Source: an uncultured delta proteobacterium (GTDB lineage: Bacteria > Myxococcota_A > Polyangia > Polyangiales > B10-G4). Taken from it: 64,000 bases of DNA. Positions within the stretch are counted from its first letter, which is position 1, and every line of letters begins with the position of its first letter. Both the position numbers and the translations under genes were made by a program. The DNA lies in contig CAVSGI010000010.1 of the NCBI GenBank assembly GCA_963727445.1, forward strand, positions 768,001 through 832,000. Direction: 5' to 3'. The notes under the pieces were generated by a model. The model was not told the DNA's origin and ran no database searches. It saw only the letters and a program-made list of their open reading frames with translations. Of the stretch, positions 61,429-64,000 are shown one piece after another.

Positions 61429-62780
61429 AGCGATTGACTCGACGCGCGTTCGTTCGCAGCCTGGGCGTCGCGAGCGCAGCCGCCGGCGCCGCGACTCTGC
61501 TCTCGCCCGGCGCGGTCCGCGGAGAGACCTGCTCCGCTCCCACGCCCGGCGCGGTGAAGCGCTTCATCGCATTCGTCACGCCCATCGGCTTCGTCAAGGA
61601 CCAGTGGGCTCGCTCCACCGGACCGACCCCGCAGGAGTTCGAGCTGATCGGCTCGCTCGCGCCCCTCGCAACGCATCGCGAGCGCCTGCTGCTCTTGAAA
61701 GGCCTCGACATGAGCGCGTCCTACGGCGGCTCCGCGGGCACCGGACATCCCCGTGGCATCGGTGCGCTGCTCACCGGTCGGCGCCTCAACCCGGGGAGCT
61801 TCGGGGACGGTGTCGGTTGGGCCTCCGGCCAGAGCATCGATCAGCGCATCGCTGACCACGTCGGTGGCATGACCCCGTTTCGGTCTCTCGAGCTGGGCGT
61901 CGGTCTCGGCGACCGCAGCAACGTCTTCAACCGCATCTCGTACCTCGGCTCCGACCGCCCGCTCGCGTCCATCGACGACCCACGTGTGGCGTTCGACCGA
62001 CTGTTCGGCGGCCTGGTGGGTGACGAGAGCGAGCAGCAGTTCCGGCGTTCCACGCGGCGGAGTGTTCTCGATTTCGTCGGCGCCGAGCTCACCGCGCTTC
62101 GTGGCCGCGCAGGAGCCAGCGCGAGGGCGGACATCGACGCGCACCTCGAGTCGCTCCGCGAGCTCGAGCGCCGCGTCGACGACATCGGTGCCGCGTGCGC
62201 GGCGCCGGACGCGCCCCTCGCGTTCGATCCGAACGACCGCCAGCAGTACCCGGAGATCGGCCGAGCCCAGATGGACCTCCTCGTGGAGGCGATGGGCTGC
62301 GACCTCACCCGGGTCGCGACGCTCCTGTGGTCCGGGTCGGTCAGCAGCCAGACCTTCCGTTTTCTGCCCACGCCGATCACGGAAGGCCACCACGCGCTCT
62401 CGCACCCCGGCGCCAACGGCTACGACCCCGCTGAAGCGCTCTCGAAGCAGACGCGGATCTACGCGTGGTACGCACGACAGTTCGCATATCTCCTCGACCG
62501 GCTCGCCTGCACACCGGAGCCGACGGGAGACGGCAGCCTCCTCGATCACACGGTGATCTTCTGGGGCAGCGAGCTGGCTCACGCGGAGACCCACGAGCGC
62601 AACAACATGCGCTTCGTCCTGGCCGGCGGCGACGCTTTCCTGAAGACCGGCCGCATGTCGAACGTCGACCGGAGTCACAACGACCTCCTGGTTTCTCTCG
62701 CTCAATCGGTCGGCGTCCCCATCGACACGTTCGGCGAACGCACGCACTGCGCTGGGCCGCTCACGGAGATCCACCAATGA
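61425..62780 (+). CDS. DUF1552 family protein (Tat signal)
   Basis: TRRAFVR Tat motif; GH, SIDQ, SLELG, P..AFDRLF, CDLTRVATL, HHALSH, LLDHT, SEL, H; GTGA overlap. Confidence 0.9.
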   Translation: MKRLTRRAFVRSLGVASAAAGAATLLSPGAVRGETCSAPTPGAVKRFIAFVTPIGFVKDQWARSTGPTPQEFELIGSLAPLATHRERLLLLKGLDMSASYGGSAGTGHPRGIGALLTGRRLNPGSFGDGVGWASGQSIDQRIADHVGGMTPFRSLELGVGLGDRSNVFNRISYLGSDRPLASIDDPRVAFDRLFGGLVGDESEQQFRRSTRRSVLDFVGAELTALRGRAGASARADIDAHLESLRELERRVDDIGAACAAPDAPLAFDPNDRQQYPEIGRAQMDLLVEAMGCDLTRVATLLWSGSVSSQTFRFLPTPITEGHHALSHPGANGYDPAEALSKQTRIYAWYARQFAYLLDRLACTPEPTGDGSLLDHTVIFWGSELAHAETHERNNMRFVLAGGDAFLKTGRMSNVDRSHNDLLVSLAQSVGVPIDTFGERTHCAGPLTEIHQ

Positions 62781-64000
62781 ACTGCCAGATCGTCTTCCTG
62801 CGCCTCGTCCTCCTCCTGCTCCTCCTGCCCGCAATTGGCTGCGCGATGGGGGCAGCGACCGACGACGACGTCTACGCCATCAACGAAGAGGCGCTGACGT
62901 CGCTCGACGCCCCTGGACCCGGCCATCCACTGGTCTTCGGAAGGGACATGTCGGAGGGGCTGAACGGCGTCCCGATTCACCGGGCCAGCCGAGACCGCGA
63001 CAACGTCGCGAGGACCCTCTACGTCGTGCGCGTCGACGATCTCGCGCGCGGCGAGCGGCTCAGGCTCCGGGGGCAGCTGATGCTTTCGTTCTGCGGACGG
63101 AAAGACATCGCTGGGGAGAGCAGCGACGCGTCGACCACGCCGTGCACCAGCCGTGCGATGCGGCATCACCCCTATCGCTACTCGCCGCACATCCATGCGG
63201 CGTTCGTACTCTCCGATCGCCGCGATGGTGGAGATGGCCACCGCATCTCCGACTGGTTCAACATGTCGTGCACTTCACGAAAGCACCACTGCGCGCTGTC
63301 GATTCCCGAGGTTCGAGTCGACGATCTCGCGCCGCATGCGCGGGGCTTCGTCAAACTGGTGGTGACCGCCAGCGGGCCGAACGACGAGGTGCGCGACGGG
63401 CACGTGATGGAGGTCGAGCGTGGACGTGGGGGGCTCTACGTGACCCGCGAGCTCCCCGAGCTCACCCATGGCGAGCAGTTCGTCGAGGACACGCCGCGAA
63501 TCGGACGCTGGGTGGGCGTCGACCAGACCGAGGACGAAGGCGACCACACCCTGGTGAGGCGGGTGATCTTCCGGGTGAAGCTGCGGAACCTCGAGGCCGG
63601 CGACGTCGTCTCGGCGGACGCACGGATGCGCGCCGAGATCCGCATGCACGACGGCGGGTGCGATCCGCTCATCAACACCGAGGTGATCCTCACGCGAGGG
63701 CGTACTCGCACCGCCCACGGCTCACCCGACACGAACATCGCGGCGAGGAACGGGATCAACTGCACCGACCACTCCGGCAGCTGTGTCTACGAAGCCTCGG
63801 GCGCCACCCACATCCGCCGGGACACGCCCTCGACGATGTATGCGAGCTTCGTCGCGTACGCGAAGCGCTCCTGCGCCCAGCCGAACGGGCGAGACACCTG
63901 GCGCGCGATGCGCCGAGGAAGCCGCTTCACCGTTCACGTGCGACACCCGACTCCCGACACTCACAGCGTCTTGTTCGTCGCGCCCGACATGGCGGACACC
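62777..64000 (+). CDS. Hypothetical lipoprotein, runs off window end
   Basis: Manual translation MNCQIVFLRLVLLLLLLPAIGC..., no stop seen to window end; ATGA overlap with DUF1552 gene; absent from ORF track because incomplete. Confidence 0.75.
   Translation, partial: MNCQIVFLRLVLLLLLLPAIGCAMGAATDDDVYAINEEALTSLDAPGPGHPLVFGRDMSEGLNGVPIHRASRDRDNVARTLYVVRVDDLARGERLRLRGQLMLSFCGRKDIAGESSDASTTPCTSRAMRHHPYRYSPHIHAAFVLSDRRDGGDGHRISDWFNMSCTSRKHHCALSIPEVRVDDLAPHARGFVKLVVTASGPNDEVRDGHVMEVERGRGGLYVTRELPELTHGEQFVEDTPRIGRWVGVDQTEDEGDHTLVRRVIFRVKLRNLEAGDVVSADARMRAEIRMHDGGCDPLINTEVILTRGRTRTAHGSPDTNIAARNGINCTDHSGSCVYEASGATHIRRDTPSTMYASFVAYAKRSCAQPNGRDTWRAMRRGSRFTVHVRHPTPDTHSVLFVAPDMADT

Overview
High-GC, gene-dense bacterial DNA of myxobacterial character, most like Polyangiales/Sandaracinaceae. 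The basis for that is MYXO-CTERM-type tails, Cys-rich lipoproteins, Ser/Thr kinases beside TPR/PEGA proteins, an FHA-sigma54-type activator and a DUF1592/DUF1552 pair. About 50 CDS are present; no rRNA, tRNA, CRISPR array, integrase or transposase was seen. Main observations: (1) a DNA polymerase I-like gene (27128-29715) keeps the polymerase carboxylates but has Gly at the sugar steric-gate Glu, altered template-reading residues and degenerate 5'-3' and 3'-5' nuclease sites; (2) a coupled pair of Hsp90/GHKL-like genes, one intact ATPase and one ~1,890-aa protein with a degenerate N-box and repeated middle-domain-like units (14360-21655); (3) recurring kinase / TPR-PEGA / variable-tip lipoprotein modules; (4) an operon with a reductase, a MerR regulator and a diiron protein behind a palindromic operator; (5) a tandemly duplicated REP/MITE-like element with 32-bp inverted repeats; (6) seven frameshifts, five of them +1 insertions that turn GATC into GAATC/GATTC, which points to modification-linked sequencing error rather than pseudogenes. 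All calls come from motif reading by eye; no searches were run.
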